Shown: positions 1-12,000 of the stretch, one piece after another
How the letters are laid out: every line of letters starts with the position of its first letter
How positions within the stretch are numbered: the first letter of the stretch is position 1
Origin: Anthoceros angustus
Lineage: Eukaryota; Plantae; Anthocerotophyta
DNA length: 64,000 nucleotides
NCBI GenBank assembly: GCA_010909165.1
Contig: VJWM01000063.1
Span: forward strand, 62,001 to 126,000
Direction of reading: 5' to 3'
Made by a program: the position numbers and the translations under genes
The notes under the pieces: model-generated
The model's database searches: none
Told to the model about the DNA's origin: nothing
What the model saw: only the letters and a program-made list of their open reading frames with translations

Positions 1-69
1 ATGCCGGTGCGGTGCCTCCTTTTCGTACAACCCATCCAATTTCTGTTGATGGACCATTTTGTCCATGTA

Positions 70-1430
70 CCAACTCCGGTTGATGTGGAGCCCAGGATAT
101 GTGGATCCGGAGCAGACTGATATACATTCCCCACAAGTCACAGTGCATGAATCGTTGCTCTATCCCTCATTGTTGCGACTTCCTAATAACGGTGACACAC
201 AAACACGCCATGTAAGTATCGGAAACGGCTGGAAGGTGATGTGGATTCCAAGGATGATTGGGCATCACTCAACCAGCCCTCTACCTCATGGTTGAGTGAT
301 GGTGTTAGGGATGTAATGACTCTAATGAGTCTTGCCTCATGCATGCTCTACTTTTTTTCCGGCATTCGTTGAAGTGGTTATGGACTTGGTAGAGCTGGCT
401 CCTCTGAGTCCTTCGCTCGTGGGGCTACCTGGCACCAGTGGTCTGTCAACGGAGCAGAGGAAAAATTGTTGTTCAACTAGTTGCAAGTCCTTGTATAATC
501 TTCATTGATGAGCATGCCCCAGGGCTGGATGCCCGGGCAGTAGCTATTGTTATGCGTACTGTGCGGAATACTGTTGACACAGGACGAACGGTTGTTTGCA
601 CAATCCTACAACCCAGTATCGACATCTTTGAAGCATTTGATGAGTTATAGTCACTTCAAGCTTTACAGTGATGCAGATGCGCTTCTGAAAATTCTGAGTC
701 TGGCATATATTGTTCATGCGCAAACTGCAGCTTCTCTTGATGGAATGTGGCGGGAAAGTCTTACATGCTGGGCCTCTGGGACAGCACTCGCAACAACTTA
801 TTAACTATTTTTGAGGTGGATCCCGCATTCGTTTTTGTACAGTCTCTTCCTTTTCAGCCGTTCCCAGCAAATTGGAGTTGGTAACAACTGCAACCATTTT
901 CCTCAGCATCAAAGGAGTCCCACCGGTCAAGGATGGGTACAACCCAGCCACATGGATGCTTGAGGTCACCACCTCCGCAGCAGAGAAGCGACTTGGCCAA
1001 GACTTCGTTGACACCTGCAGGAATTCAGAGCTGTTCCGGTAGGCTCTCTGCAGGCAATCTCTCTTCTGTCCCACACTCGGGGATGAAATTGTTTGCTTTG
1101 GTGTACCATCGCACGAGCCACGCATCGAGCAGCTCTGCCTACCGGCTCCAGGGACGGAAGATCTCAAGTTTCCAACCCAATATTCCCGCACTTTTGCAAC
1201 ACAGCTTGTTTACCTGCGTATGGAAGCGACACTGGACGTATTGGCGTAGCCCGCAGTATAACTGTGTGCAACTGTGTGCAACTGTATGCGGGTCATTTAT
1301 TTCAGTGAATTTCTAGGCTTTATAGAGATTTTAGAGTGTACATCATCCAAATCCTGCATATCCAAGTCCTCCATTCAGTAACTCTCTACCAATTGTGGAG
1401 ACAAGGGCATGTGCTTTATAGCATGTGGTC
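70..1430 (+). pseudogene. ABCG: Full-size ABCG/PDR transporter pseudogene fragment (NBD2 and start of TMD2)
   Basis: Recognisable PDR segments in several frames: [23 protein letters not shown], VMDLVEL...[94 protein letters not shown]. There are frameshifts, and the conserved DEPTSG and IHQP motifs have become DEHAPG and ILQP. Confidence 0.85.
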
Positions 1431-1477
1431 CCGCAGGGCGTTGAAGCTGGAATGGCAACACCCATTCCAGCTTAATG

Positions 1478-1992
1478 GACACACATTTATAAGAACGTGC
1501 TTATTAAGCATCCTGCGCTTGGATCGGTACTTAGATGGGGCGCCTAAAGGGAATGGATGCCCTTGGTGCTAGAAGCTTAGGCATACCATGGTACAAGTTG
1601 TTAAGTACCAAGTCCCATGACGGAAATCCGTCTTTAGTGGACTTAAATAAAATTCTTCTTCATCTTCTTCATGCAAGTATTGATCCATCCAAAGGTCTAT
1701 CCAAAGGACCTTTAACTACAGTGTTTTATGACCTCATATCGGATATCATTATGAAAGAGATTACTAAATGGTGAAAGGGAAGACTGCACCATATGATTGA
1801 TGCTTTGATGTTTGGATTAATATCTTGGAGTTAAGATAAAAAGCAATCCAAATAGACACACAACCTATAAGAACACAATTGTTAAGCATTTTGTGCTTAC
1901 ATCGGTACTTAAATGGGGTGCTTAAAGGTAGTGGATGCCCTTCCTACAAGTAGCTTAGGCTCACCATGATACAAAGTTGTTAAGCACTAAGT
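1478..1992. repeat. Two diverged ~130-bp direct repeats about 375 bp apart
   Basis: 1478-1610 (tataagaac...atcggtacttagatgggg...ggatgccctt...agcttaggc...gttgttaag) resembles 1855-1992. Confidence 0.5.
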
Positions 1993-2298
1993 TCTACGCT
2001 TGGAAAAATTCCGTCCAAGTGAATTATAATAGACTTCTCTTCTTCTTGACAATGTAATGTTTTTGACCCTCCATTCTCAATATCTTGCTTTGTGCTCAAT
2101 CAGCATGTCAGCTCTATTCGTTGCTAGTGATTTTATATCTACATCGTCATCCATATATCCCGCATTTATTTGATCATAAACTCATTTCACACCCATATCA
2201 AACCCTCCACTACTCTAATACCCCTCGTCCTTAACTTTCTGGCTGTAGCATAAGAGCTGCGGCATTTCCCAACTGCCTTTTTCCCGTTTGAAATGATA

Positions 2299-2450
2299 GA
2301 CATCCAGATCGTGGGTCCTTGCTCACAAGGTTTGGGAGTCTTTTAGCACTTCTCTCACTGACACCTAGTACTGTTTGGTGTTCTGGCATTTCAGTGAATA
2401 TCCCAACGGGGGATCACCTTGCCACTGCTCGACGCGGGTGTTGATGTGCT
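2299..2450 (+). promoter_or_regulatory. Non-coding block conserved upstream of PPR copies A and D
   Basis: gacatccagatcgtg...gctcacaaggtttgggag...acctagtac...gctcgacgcgggtgtt is echoed at about 14360-14590, at a similar position ahead of the MATxWQPD start. Confidence 0.4.
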
Positions 2451-2522
2451 AAATACCGCCTGCAATGCGCTCGCTAAAGGTGGTGTAGTATGCCAATTAC
2501 TTGGATATGCTACTACTCTCAG

Positions 2523-5417
2523 ATGGCCACTGTATGGCAACCGGATTCGTTCTGGACCCAACAAATTGGTGGGTGTACAGGGATTCTGCGAGGAGCTCCG
2601 GCTGATCTCACCTTAGGAGGCCAAGGTCGGGAAAACAACCATGTCTTCAGGTGCAGCATCGTTAGGAACCCAGCAATTCGTGGAGAATGGCCTGGGAATG
2701 GAGTTTCCAGCTATGGTGGTCCTCAGGAGCAGGGGCAGCAGCAGCAGCAGGAGCAGTTGTGGCGACAGTTTTTTCTGGACCCTGCAATGTGGTGGGATTA
2801 CAGGCGAGGTAAGACGAGCTCCCGTTCGCCTGACTTCCGACGTAAGGGGTCCGGCGAGGTCCTGTGGTTAAACAGCATGTTCAAGCCAGGGTGGGTGGAT
2901 GAGCAGCTTGTTTCTATGGATTTGCAAATGGGTCTTGGTGCCTCTCCTTCCACGTTGAGCTCTCCGGATAAACCTGAGCCTGGCAGGCGTGCAGGAACGG
3001 CGATGGGCGTCGCAACAGCTGTAACCGTGAGCACACTATGTGAGCAGGGGAAGCTTAGTGAGGCCGTCGGAGCCCTGGAATCTCTGGCGCAGATGGACTG
3101 TCCTATTTCTCGGTCTGTCTTTTACACTGTGCTGAAACTGTGTGCAGATAAGAAGGATCTGGTTTTGGGACGACGAGTTCATGATCTCACTGTCAAACTT
3201 GGGTATGAGTCAAGTACATATTTGGGGAATCATATCTTGCGGATGTATGTCCGTGGAGGTAGGCTGCAGGAGGCCATGGATGTGTTCACCAGGGTGGGAA
3301 AACCGGATGCTTTCATGTGGTTTTCCATCATATCCGCCCATGCTAAACATGGGAAACCTAATGAGGCTATAAAACTGTACTCTGAGATGCGTAGGGCAGG
3401 TGTGAAGGCCGATCCTCACGTCTACGTTGCAGCCCTTCAAGCTTGTGCATTGGCTGCGGACTTGGAATGCGGCCGGCAAGTGCACTGTGATGTGTTGCAC
3501 AGTGATATCGTTCCTAACTTGTTTGTTGGCAACTGCCTCGTGGACATGTATGCAAAATGTGGGGAACTGGAAGATGCACGCAGGGTTTTTGACAGCTTGG
3601 CCACAAAAGATGTGGTGACATGGAATGCCCTGATAGCTGGGTATGCAAATCATGGGCTTGGCCAAGAGGCGCTGGCTCTGTACGGAGAAATGGAGCAGGA
3701 GGGCCTGATTGCGGGAAACCATGTTACTTTTGCTTGCCTTCTGAAGGCCTGTGCAAGCTGTGGCGCCATACAGAAGGGCAGGCAGCTGCACACACAGATT
3801 GTGGAAACAGGACAGCTAGACAACGTACGGGTGGGCAACTGCCTGGTGGATATGTATGCAAAATGTGGCGAACTGGAAGATGCACGCAGGGTTTTTGACA
3901 GCTTGGCCACAAAAACTGTTGTGACATGGACAGCCCTAATAGCTGGGTATGCAAATCATGGACCAGAGGCGCTTGTCTGTATGGACAAATGGAGCAGGAG
4001 GGCCTGATTGCTGACCATGTTACTTTTGCTTGCCTTCTGAAGGCCTGTGCAAGCTGGTGCCCACAGAAGGGCAGCTGCACTCTGATTGTGGAAGAGGACT
4101 GCTGGACCGGTGGGCAACTGCCTGGTGGATATGTATGCAAAATGTGGCGAACTGGAAGATGCACGCAGGGTTTTTGACAGCTTGGCCACAAAAACTGTTG
4201 TGACATGGACAGCCCTAATAGCTGGGTATGCAAATCATGACCTTGGCCAAGAGGCGCTTATTCTGTATGGGAAAATGGAACAGGAGGGCCTACTTGTGGC
4301 TGACCATGTTACCTTTGCTTGCCTTCTGAAGGCTTGTGCAAGTGCTGGTGCCTTACAGAAGGGCAGACAGCTACACTCACAGATTGTGGACAGAGGCCAG
4401 TTAGATAACGTACTTGTGGGCAACGGTCTGGTGGACATGTATGCCAAATGTGGCAAACTGGAAGATGCACGTGGGGTTTTTGACAGCTTGGTCACAAAGG
4501 ATGTGGTGACATGGAATGCCCTGATAGCTGGGTGTGGAAGTTGTGATGAGGGTCACAAAGCACTAGCTTGGTTTGAGGAGATGTTGGTCACCGGTATTCA
4601 GCCAAATAGTGCCACTTTCACTTGCCTTTTAGGAGCTTGCAGTCATGCAGGACTGGTCGATGAGGGTCGCCAGCTCTTTGATTCCATGGTTGAACAGCAT
4701 GATGTCAAACCTGCTATTGAGCATTACAATTGCATGGTTGACCTCCTTGGCCGTGCAGGCCATTTGGATGAGGCGGAGGACATGCTATTATCATGTGACA
4801 GCCAAAGCAATACTCTGGGCTTGACGTCTTTGCTGAATGCCTGCAAAATTCACGGGGACATAGGGAGGGCCACCCGGTGTTTCCAAAGTCTCGTTAGACT
4901 GGAGCCTCAGTGTGCATCCGCATATATCCTCATGGCCAATGCGTATGCAGATGCTGGTAGGTGGAGCGATGTAGACAGGATTGAAAAACAGAGAATGGTA
5001 GCAGGAGCTAACAAGAAACCTGCAGTGGCGGGTATTGAGGTGAACAATCAGGTACATACATTTCTGGTGGGAGAAAAGAGGGACGATATTGCACTGAAGG
5101 TAGAGACCACGAATGCACGTCTGAAGCAGGAAGGGGGCCACGTACCACAGACAAAGTTGGTATTGAAGCCACTGTCTGAGAAGGAAAAGGAAGATGCGCT
5201 TTGTGGGCATGCTGAGAAGCTAGCTCTGGCGTTTGGTCTCTTGAACACTCCAAGTGGGACACCTCTGGTGGTAACAAAGAATCTACGCATGTGCAGTGAC
5301 TGCCATAGTTCCACCGAGATCATGTCAAGGGTCGAGAAGAGAGACATTGTTGTAAGGGATGGATACCGTGTGCATCGATTTGCAGCTGGGTCTTGCAGTT
5401 GTGAGGGTCGACCGTGA
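2523..5417 (+). CDS. PPR copy A: PDF motif + PLS-PPR + E1/E2 + DYW:KP (GRP-ending) putative U-to-C RNA editing factor; interrupted as assembled
   Basis: ATG at 2523 (MATVWQPD, shared by paralogs). PLS motifs (VVTWNALI / HVTFACLL / VGNCLVDMYAKCG). KKPAVAGIEV at about 5013, HAEKLA at 5208, CSDCH, CSCEGRP stop 5417. ORFs 2490-4007 and 4086-5417 are in the same frame, separated by a degenerate 279-bp extra triplet (3961-4239). Confidence 0.9.
2757..2909 (+). other. OSB-type PDF motif in copy A
   Basis: LWRQFFLDPAMWWDYRRGKTSSRSPDFRRKGSGEVLWLNSMFKPGWVDEQL matches the recalled OSB PDF pattern W..FF..P..WWDNR..K.....PDF..K..GE.LW......P.WV..QL. Confidence 0.85.
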
Positions 5418-5870
5418 GAAAAATGTAGAACTTAAATCTAAATTTATAATATTTTTGTCTCCAACACACTAATGTCATGATCCATGTTAATGGGCATGAT
5501 GCTTATAGAATGATCCATCTGTACGGGCAGGATGCTTATACAATCTATTACCGTTAAAATGATGCACATAGAATGCATCATCGCTCAAGTACACACATTA
5601 CAATCCTGCCAGGATTAATGCCATGCGAGTCTCTGCTTCCTAAAGGGCCGGTACTGATCTTGGGCCTTTAGCAAGCATCCTCTGCGGTATGTCTTGCTGT
5701 TTGCAAAGAGGCAGGCTTTTGATTTCAGATTTGGTGTCTTTGCCATCGGTCAACCGATAGACCGACTCCATGCTGGCCAAGGTGGTATGGTCATGCACAG
5801 TAACTAGGCATCCTACCCCGGTCTGCGCACTTTGTTGTGGTTCCCACCGTCCGAGAGAAGTGCCTGTAAG

Positions 5871-8794
5871 ATGGCCACAATATGGCAACCGGATCCATTG
5901 TGGACCCAACAAATATCTGAGTGTACAGGGATTCTACGAAGAGCTCCCGCTCACCTTAGCTCAGGGAGTCAGTCGCTGGCAAACAACCAAGCCTGCAGGT
6001 GCAGCAGTGCGAGGAACCCAGGTGTTTCGAGAGAATGGATGACTGTGAAAGGATTTCCCAGCGATGGTGGTCGGCAGGACCAGGATCAGGCCCAGGCCCA
6101 GGCCCAGGGCCAGGAGCAGGAGCAGGAGCTGTTGTGGCAACAATTCTTTCTGGACCCTGCCATGTGGTGGGATAACAGGCGAGGTAAGAAGAGCTCTCAT
6201 TGGCCTGACTTCCGGCGTAAGGGGTCCGGGGAGGTCCTCTGGTTAAACAGCATGTTCAAGCCAAGTTGGGTGGATGAGCAGCTCGTTTCTTTGGATATGC
6301 AGATGCGTCATGGTGTCTCTCCTTCCAAGTCGAGCTCTCCGGATGGGTCTGAGCCTGGCAGGCGTTCAGGATCGGAAATGGGAGTCGTAACGGCTGCAAC
6401 GGTGAGCACTTTATGTCAGCAGGGGAAGCTCACTGAGGCCGTTGGAGCCCTGGAATTTCTGGCGCAGAACGACTGTCCTGTCTCTCACTCTCTTTTTTAT
6501 ACTGTGCTAAAACTGTGTGTAGCTAAGGGGGATCTGGTGGTGGGGCGACGAGTTCATGATCTCACTGTCAAGCTTGGGTATGAGTCAAGTACATTTTTGG
6601 GGAATCATATCTTGCGGATGTATGCAGGTGCAGGTAGGCTGCAGGAGGCCATGGATGTGTTCACCAGGGTGGGAAAACCGGATGCTTTCATGTGGTTTTC
6701 CATCATATCCGCCCATGCTAAACATGGGAAACCTAATGAGGCTATACAACTGTACCATGAGATGCGTATCTGCGGTGTACAGCCGGATGCTCACGTCTTT
6801 GTAGCAGCACTGCAGGCTTGTGCATTTGCTGCGGACTTGGACACTGGCAGAAAAGTCCACTTTGATGTGTTGCGCAGTGGGATTCCTACAAACTTGTTTG
6901 TGGGCAGTTGCCTGGTTGACATGTATGCAAAGTGTGGCGAACTGGAAGATGCACGACGGCTTTTTGACAGCTTGACAACCAAAAATGTGGTGACATGGAA
7001 TGCTCAGATTGCTGGGTATGCACAGCAAGGGCTCAGCCAAGAGGCCCTTGTTCTGCATGAACGAATGGAGCAGGAAGGCGTGATTGTGAGTAATCATGTT
7101 ACTTTTGCTTGCCTTCTGAAGGCTTGTGCAAGCGCTGGTGCCTTACAGAAGGGCAGGCAGCTGCACTCACAGATTGTGGAAAGAGGACATCAAAGCAACA
7201 TACTGGTGGGCAACTGCCTGGTGGACATGTATGCAAAATGTGGAGAACTAGAAGCTGCACACAGGGTTTTTGACAGCTTGCCCTCAAAGGATGTGGTGAC
7301 ATGGAATGCCCTGATAGCTGGATATGCCAACCATGGGCTGGGTCAGGATGCGCTTGTTCTGTACGCACAAATGGAGCAGGAGGGCCTGATTGTGGCTGAC
7401 CATGTTACTTTTGCTTGCCTTCTGAAGGCCTGTGCAAGCACTGGTGCCTTACAGAAGGGCAGGCAGCTGCACTCACAGATTGTGGAAAGAGGGCAACTGG
7501 GTGATATAGTGGTGGCCAACTGCCTGGTGGACATGCAAAATGTGGTGAACTGGAAGATGCACGCCAGGTTTTGACAGCACACAAAGGATGTGGTGACATG
7601 GAATGCCCTGATTGCTGGGTATGCACAGCAAGGGCTGGGCCAAGAGGCTTGTTCTGTATGAATCAATGGAGCAGGAGGGGCTGATTGTGGGTAACCATGT
7701 TACTTTTGCTTGCCTTCTGAAGGCCTGCAAGCACTGGTGCCTTACAGAAGGGCAGGCAGCTGCACTCACAGATTGTGAAAGAGGACTGCTGGATAACATG
7801 TTGGCAACTGCCTGGTGGACATGTATGCAAAATGTGGTGAACTGGAAGATGCACGCCAGGTTTTGACAGCACACAAAGGATGGTGACATGGAATGCCCTG
7901 ATATCTGGCTGTGGTACTTGCGATGAAGGACACAAAGCACTAGCTTGTTTTGAGGAGATGTTAATTGCTGGTGTCCAGCCTGATGATGCCACTTTTACGT
8001 GCCTTTTAGTAGCATGCAGTCATGCAGGACTGGTGAATGAGGGTCGCAGGCACTTTCATTCCATGGCGGAACAGCATGGCGTCAAACCTACTGTTGAGCA
8101 TTACAATTGCATGATAGATCTTCTTGGGCGTGCAGGACTTTTAGATGAGGCAGAAAACATGCTACTATCATGTGAGAGCCGAAGTAATGTTGTGGGGTTG
8201 ACATCTTTGCTGAATGCCTGCAAGAGTCACGGGGATATAGAGAGGGCAGCTCGGTGTTTTGAAAGTCTGGTTAGACTGGAGCCTCAGTGTGCATCCGCTT
8301 ATGTGCTCATGGCCAATACCTATGCGGATGCAGGTAGGTGGACCGATGTAGACAGGATTGAAACACAGAGATTGGTAGCAGGAGCTAACAAGAAACCTGC
8401 AGTGGCGGGCATTGAGGTGAAGAATCAGATACATACATTTGTGGTGGGAGAGAAGAGAGATGATATCGTGCTGAAGGTAGAGAGCACAAATGCACGTCTG
8501 AAGCAGGAAGGGGGCCACGTACCACACACACAGTTGGTGTTGAAGCCACTGTCTGAGAAGGAAAAGGAAGATGCGCTTTGCGGGCATGCTGAGAAGCTAG
8601 CTCTTGCGTTTGGTCTTTTGAACACTCCCAGTGGCACACCTTTGGTGGTAACAAAGAATCTACGCATGTGCAGTGACTGCCATAGTTCCACGGAAATCAT
8701 GTCAAGGGTTGAAAAGAGAGACATTGTTGTAAGGGATGGATACCGTGTGCATCGATTCGCAGCCGGTGCTTGTAGTTGTAAGGGTCGACCGTGA
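5871..8794 (+). CDS. PPR copy B: PDF + PLS-PPR + E1/E2 + DYW:KP(GRP); interrupted as assembled
   Basis: MATIWQPD at 5871, PDF motif 6132-6284, PLS motifs, KKPAVAGIEV...HAEKLA...CSDCH...CSCKGRP stop 8794. Several small deletions in 7535-7880 break the frame. Confidence 0.9.
6132..6284 (+). other. OSB-type PDF motif in copy B
   Basis: LWQQFFLDPAMWWDNRRGKKSSHWPDFRRKGSGEVLWLNSMFKPSWVDEQL. Confidence 0.85.
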
Positions 8795-9099
8795 GACATG
8801 ACGTCCATGTTCACCTGACCCTGTGCTTGTAACCATCTCTTTCTTTGACGTCCATGACATGCGTACCTCCGTCCTTGCCCACCACAGCCGTCATATGATA
8901 CGGTTTGATACGCTCATATGTGAATACAGATGAAAACCGTATGTATGCGCATACGGTTTCTGTCCATGTGTGACATCTGTCATCCGCATTCTTCTTGCAT
9001 TCAAGTCTTCCGGATTCGGGCACGTCGGAGCCAGCACGCCTGGACGTCCTGCCATACTGTGGAAAATTCGACTCTTCTGCCGACAGCGGTCCCTGAACG

Positions 9100-12000
9100 A
9101 TGGCCACAGCATGGCAACCGGACCCGTTGTCGACCCAACAAATTGGTATGTGTTCAGGGATTCTACCAGGAGCTCCGGCTCATCTCATCTTAGGCAGTCA
9201 TTCCCTGGCAAACAGAGCGTCCAGGTGCGGGAGTGTAAGGAGCCCGGCACTTTCAGTTCCGAGAAAATTTGTGGGTGGGGACGGGTTTCCCAGCGATGGT
9301 CGTTGCCAGGAGCTGGAGCACTTGTGGCAACAATTTTTTCTGGACCCTTCCATGTGGTGGGACAACAGACGAGATAAGAAGAGCTCCCGTTCGCCTGACT
9401 TCCGGCGTAAGGGGTCCGGCGAGGTCCTGTGGTTAAACAGCATGCTCAAGCCAGCTTGGGTTGATGAGCAGCTTGTCTCCTTGGATATGCAGATGGGTCG
9501 TGGTGCCTCTCCTCCCGAGACGAACTCTCCGGATACGTCTGAACCTGGCAGGCGTGCAGGATCAGAAATGGCTGTCGTTACTGCTGTAACCGTGAGCGCG
9601 TTATGTCAGCAGGGGAAGCTCTCTGAGGCCGTTGAAGCGCTGGAATCTCTAGCGCAGACAGGCCCTGCTATATCTCTGTTTTGCACTGTGCTGAAACTGT
9701 GTACAGCTAAAAAGGATTTGGTTGTGGGGCGACGAGTTCATGATCTTAGTGTCAAACTTGGGTACGAGTCGGACGCATACTTGGGGAACCATATCTTGCG
9801 CATGTATGCGGGTGGAGGTCGGCTAGAGGAGGCCATGGATGTGTTCACCAGGGTAGGCAAACCAGATGCCTTCATGTGGTTCCATAATCTCTGCACATGC
9901 TAAACATGGGAAACCTAATGAGGCCATACAACTGTACCATGAGATGCGTAGGTCAGGAGTGAAGGCGGATGCTCACGTCTTGTAGCTGCCCTTCAAGCTT
10001 GTGCATTTGCCGCCGACTTGGAATCTGGCAGAAAAGTGCACTGTGATGTGTTGCACAGTGGCATTCCTACTAACTTGTTTGTTGGCAACTGCCTGGTGGA
10101 CATGTATGCAAAATGTGGCAACTGAAGATGCACGCCAGGTTTTGACAGCATGGCACAAAGGATGTGGTGACATGGAATGCCCTGATATCTGGGTATGCAA
10201 AATGTGGTGAACTGAAGATGCACGCCAGGTTTTGACAGCATGGCACAAAGGATGTGGTGACATGGAATGCCCTGATGCTGGGTATGCACAGCAAGGGCTC
10301 GGACATGAGGCTTGTCTGTATGACAAATGGAGGAGGAGGGCCTGATTTGGCTGACCATGTTACTTTTGCTTGCCTTCTGAAGGCCTGTGCAGCACTGGTG
10401 CCTTACAGAAGGGCAGGCAGCTGCACTCACAGATTGTCAAAAGAGGACTGCTGGATATAGTGTTGGGCAACTGCCTGGTGGACATGTATGCAAAATGTGG
10501 TGAACTGGAAGATGCACGCCAGGTTTTGACAGCTTGGCCACAAAGGATGTGGTGACATGGAATGCCCTGATTGCTGGGTATGCACAGCAAGGACTCGAAG
10601 AGGCGCTTGTGTATGGACAAATGGAGCAGGAGGGCCTGATTTGGCTAACCATGTTACTTTTGCTTGCCTTCTGAAGGCCTGTGCAAGCACTGGTGCCTTA
10701 CAGAAGGGCAGGCAGCTGCACTCACTGATTGTGGAAAGAGGACTGCTGGATAACGTAGTGGTGGGCAACTGCCTGGTGGACATGTATGCAAAATGTGGTG
10801 AACTGAAGATGCACGCCAGGTTTTGACAGCTTGCACAAAGGATGTGGTGACATGGAATGCCCTGATAACTGGGTATGCACAGCAAGGGCTTGGAGAGGCG
10901 CTTGTGTATGGACAAATGGAGGAGGAGGGCCTGATTTGGCTGACCATGTTACTTTTGCTTGCCTTCTGAAGGCCTGTGCAAGCACTGGTGCCTTACAGAA
11001 GGGCAGGCAGCTGCACTCACTGATTGTTGAAAGAGGACTGCTGGATAACGTTTGGTGGCAACTGCCTGGTGGACATGTATGCAAAATGTGGTGAACTGGA
11101 AGATGCACGCCAGGTTTTTGACAGCTTGGCACAAAGGATGTGGTGACATGGAATGCCCTGATTGCTGGGTATGCACAGCAAGGCTGGCCAAGAGGCGCTT
11201 GTTCTGTATGGACAAATGGAGGAGGAGGCCATTTGGCTGACCATGTTACTTTTGCTTGCCTTCTGAAGGCCTGTGCAAGCACTGGTGCCTTACAGAAGGG
11301 CAGGCAGCTGCACTCACAGATTGTTGAAAGAGGACTGCTGGATAACGTGGTGGGCAACTGCCTGGTGGACATGTATGCAAAATGTGGTGAACTGGAAGAT
11401 GCACGCCAGGTTTTTGACAGCATTGGCCACAAAGGATGTGGTGACATGGAATGCCTGATTGCTGGGTATGCACAGCAAGGACTCGGCCAAGAGGCGCTTG
11501 TTCTGTATGGACAAATGGAGGAGGAGGCCATTTGGCTGACCATGTTACTTTTGCTTGCCTTCTGAAGGCCTGTGCAAGCACTGGTGCCTTACAGAAGGGC
11601 AGGCAGCTGCACTCACAGATTGTGAAGAGGACTGCTGGATAACATGGTGGTGGGCACTGCCTGGTGGACATGTATGCAAAATGTGGTGAACTGGAAGATG
11701 CACGCCAGGTTTTGACAGCATGGCAAAGGATGTGGTGACATGGAATGCCCTGATTGCTGGGTATGCACAGCAAGGACTCGGCCAAGAGGCACTTGTTCTG
11801 TATGGACAAATGGAGCAGGCCTCATTTTGGCAGACCATGTTACTTTTGCTTGCCTTCTGAAGGCCTGTGCAGGCACTGGTGCCTTGCAGAAGGGCAGGCA
11901 GCTGCATTTGCAGATTGTCAAAAGAGAACTGCTGGATAATGTAGTGTTGGGCAACTGCCTGGTGGACATGTATGCAAAATGTGGTGAACTGGAAGATGCA

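Noticed and set aside
3831-4239. The 279-bp extra segment in copy A as a duplication-born intron like that in copy D
   Set aside because: No AG|GT or AG|GC proto-splice site was found in the identical flanks, so precise splicing is not supported.
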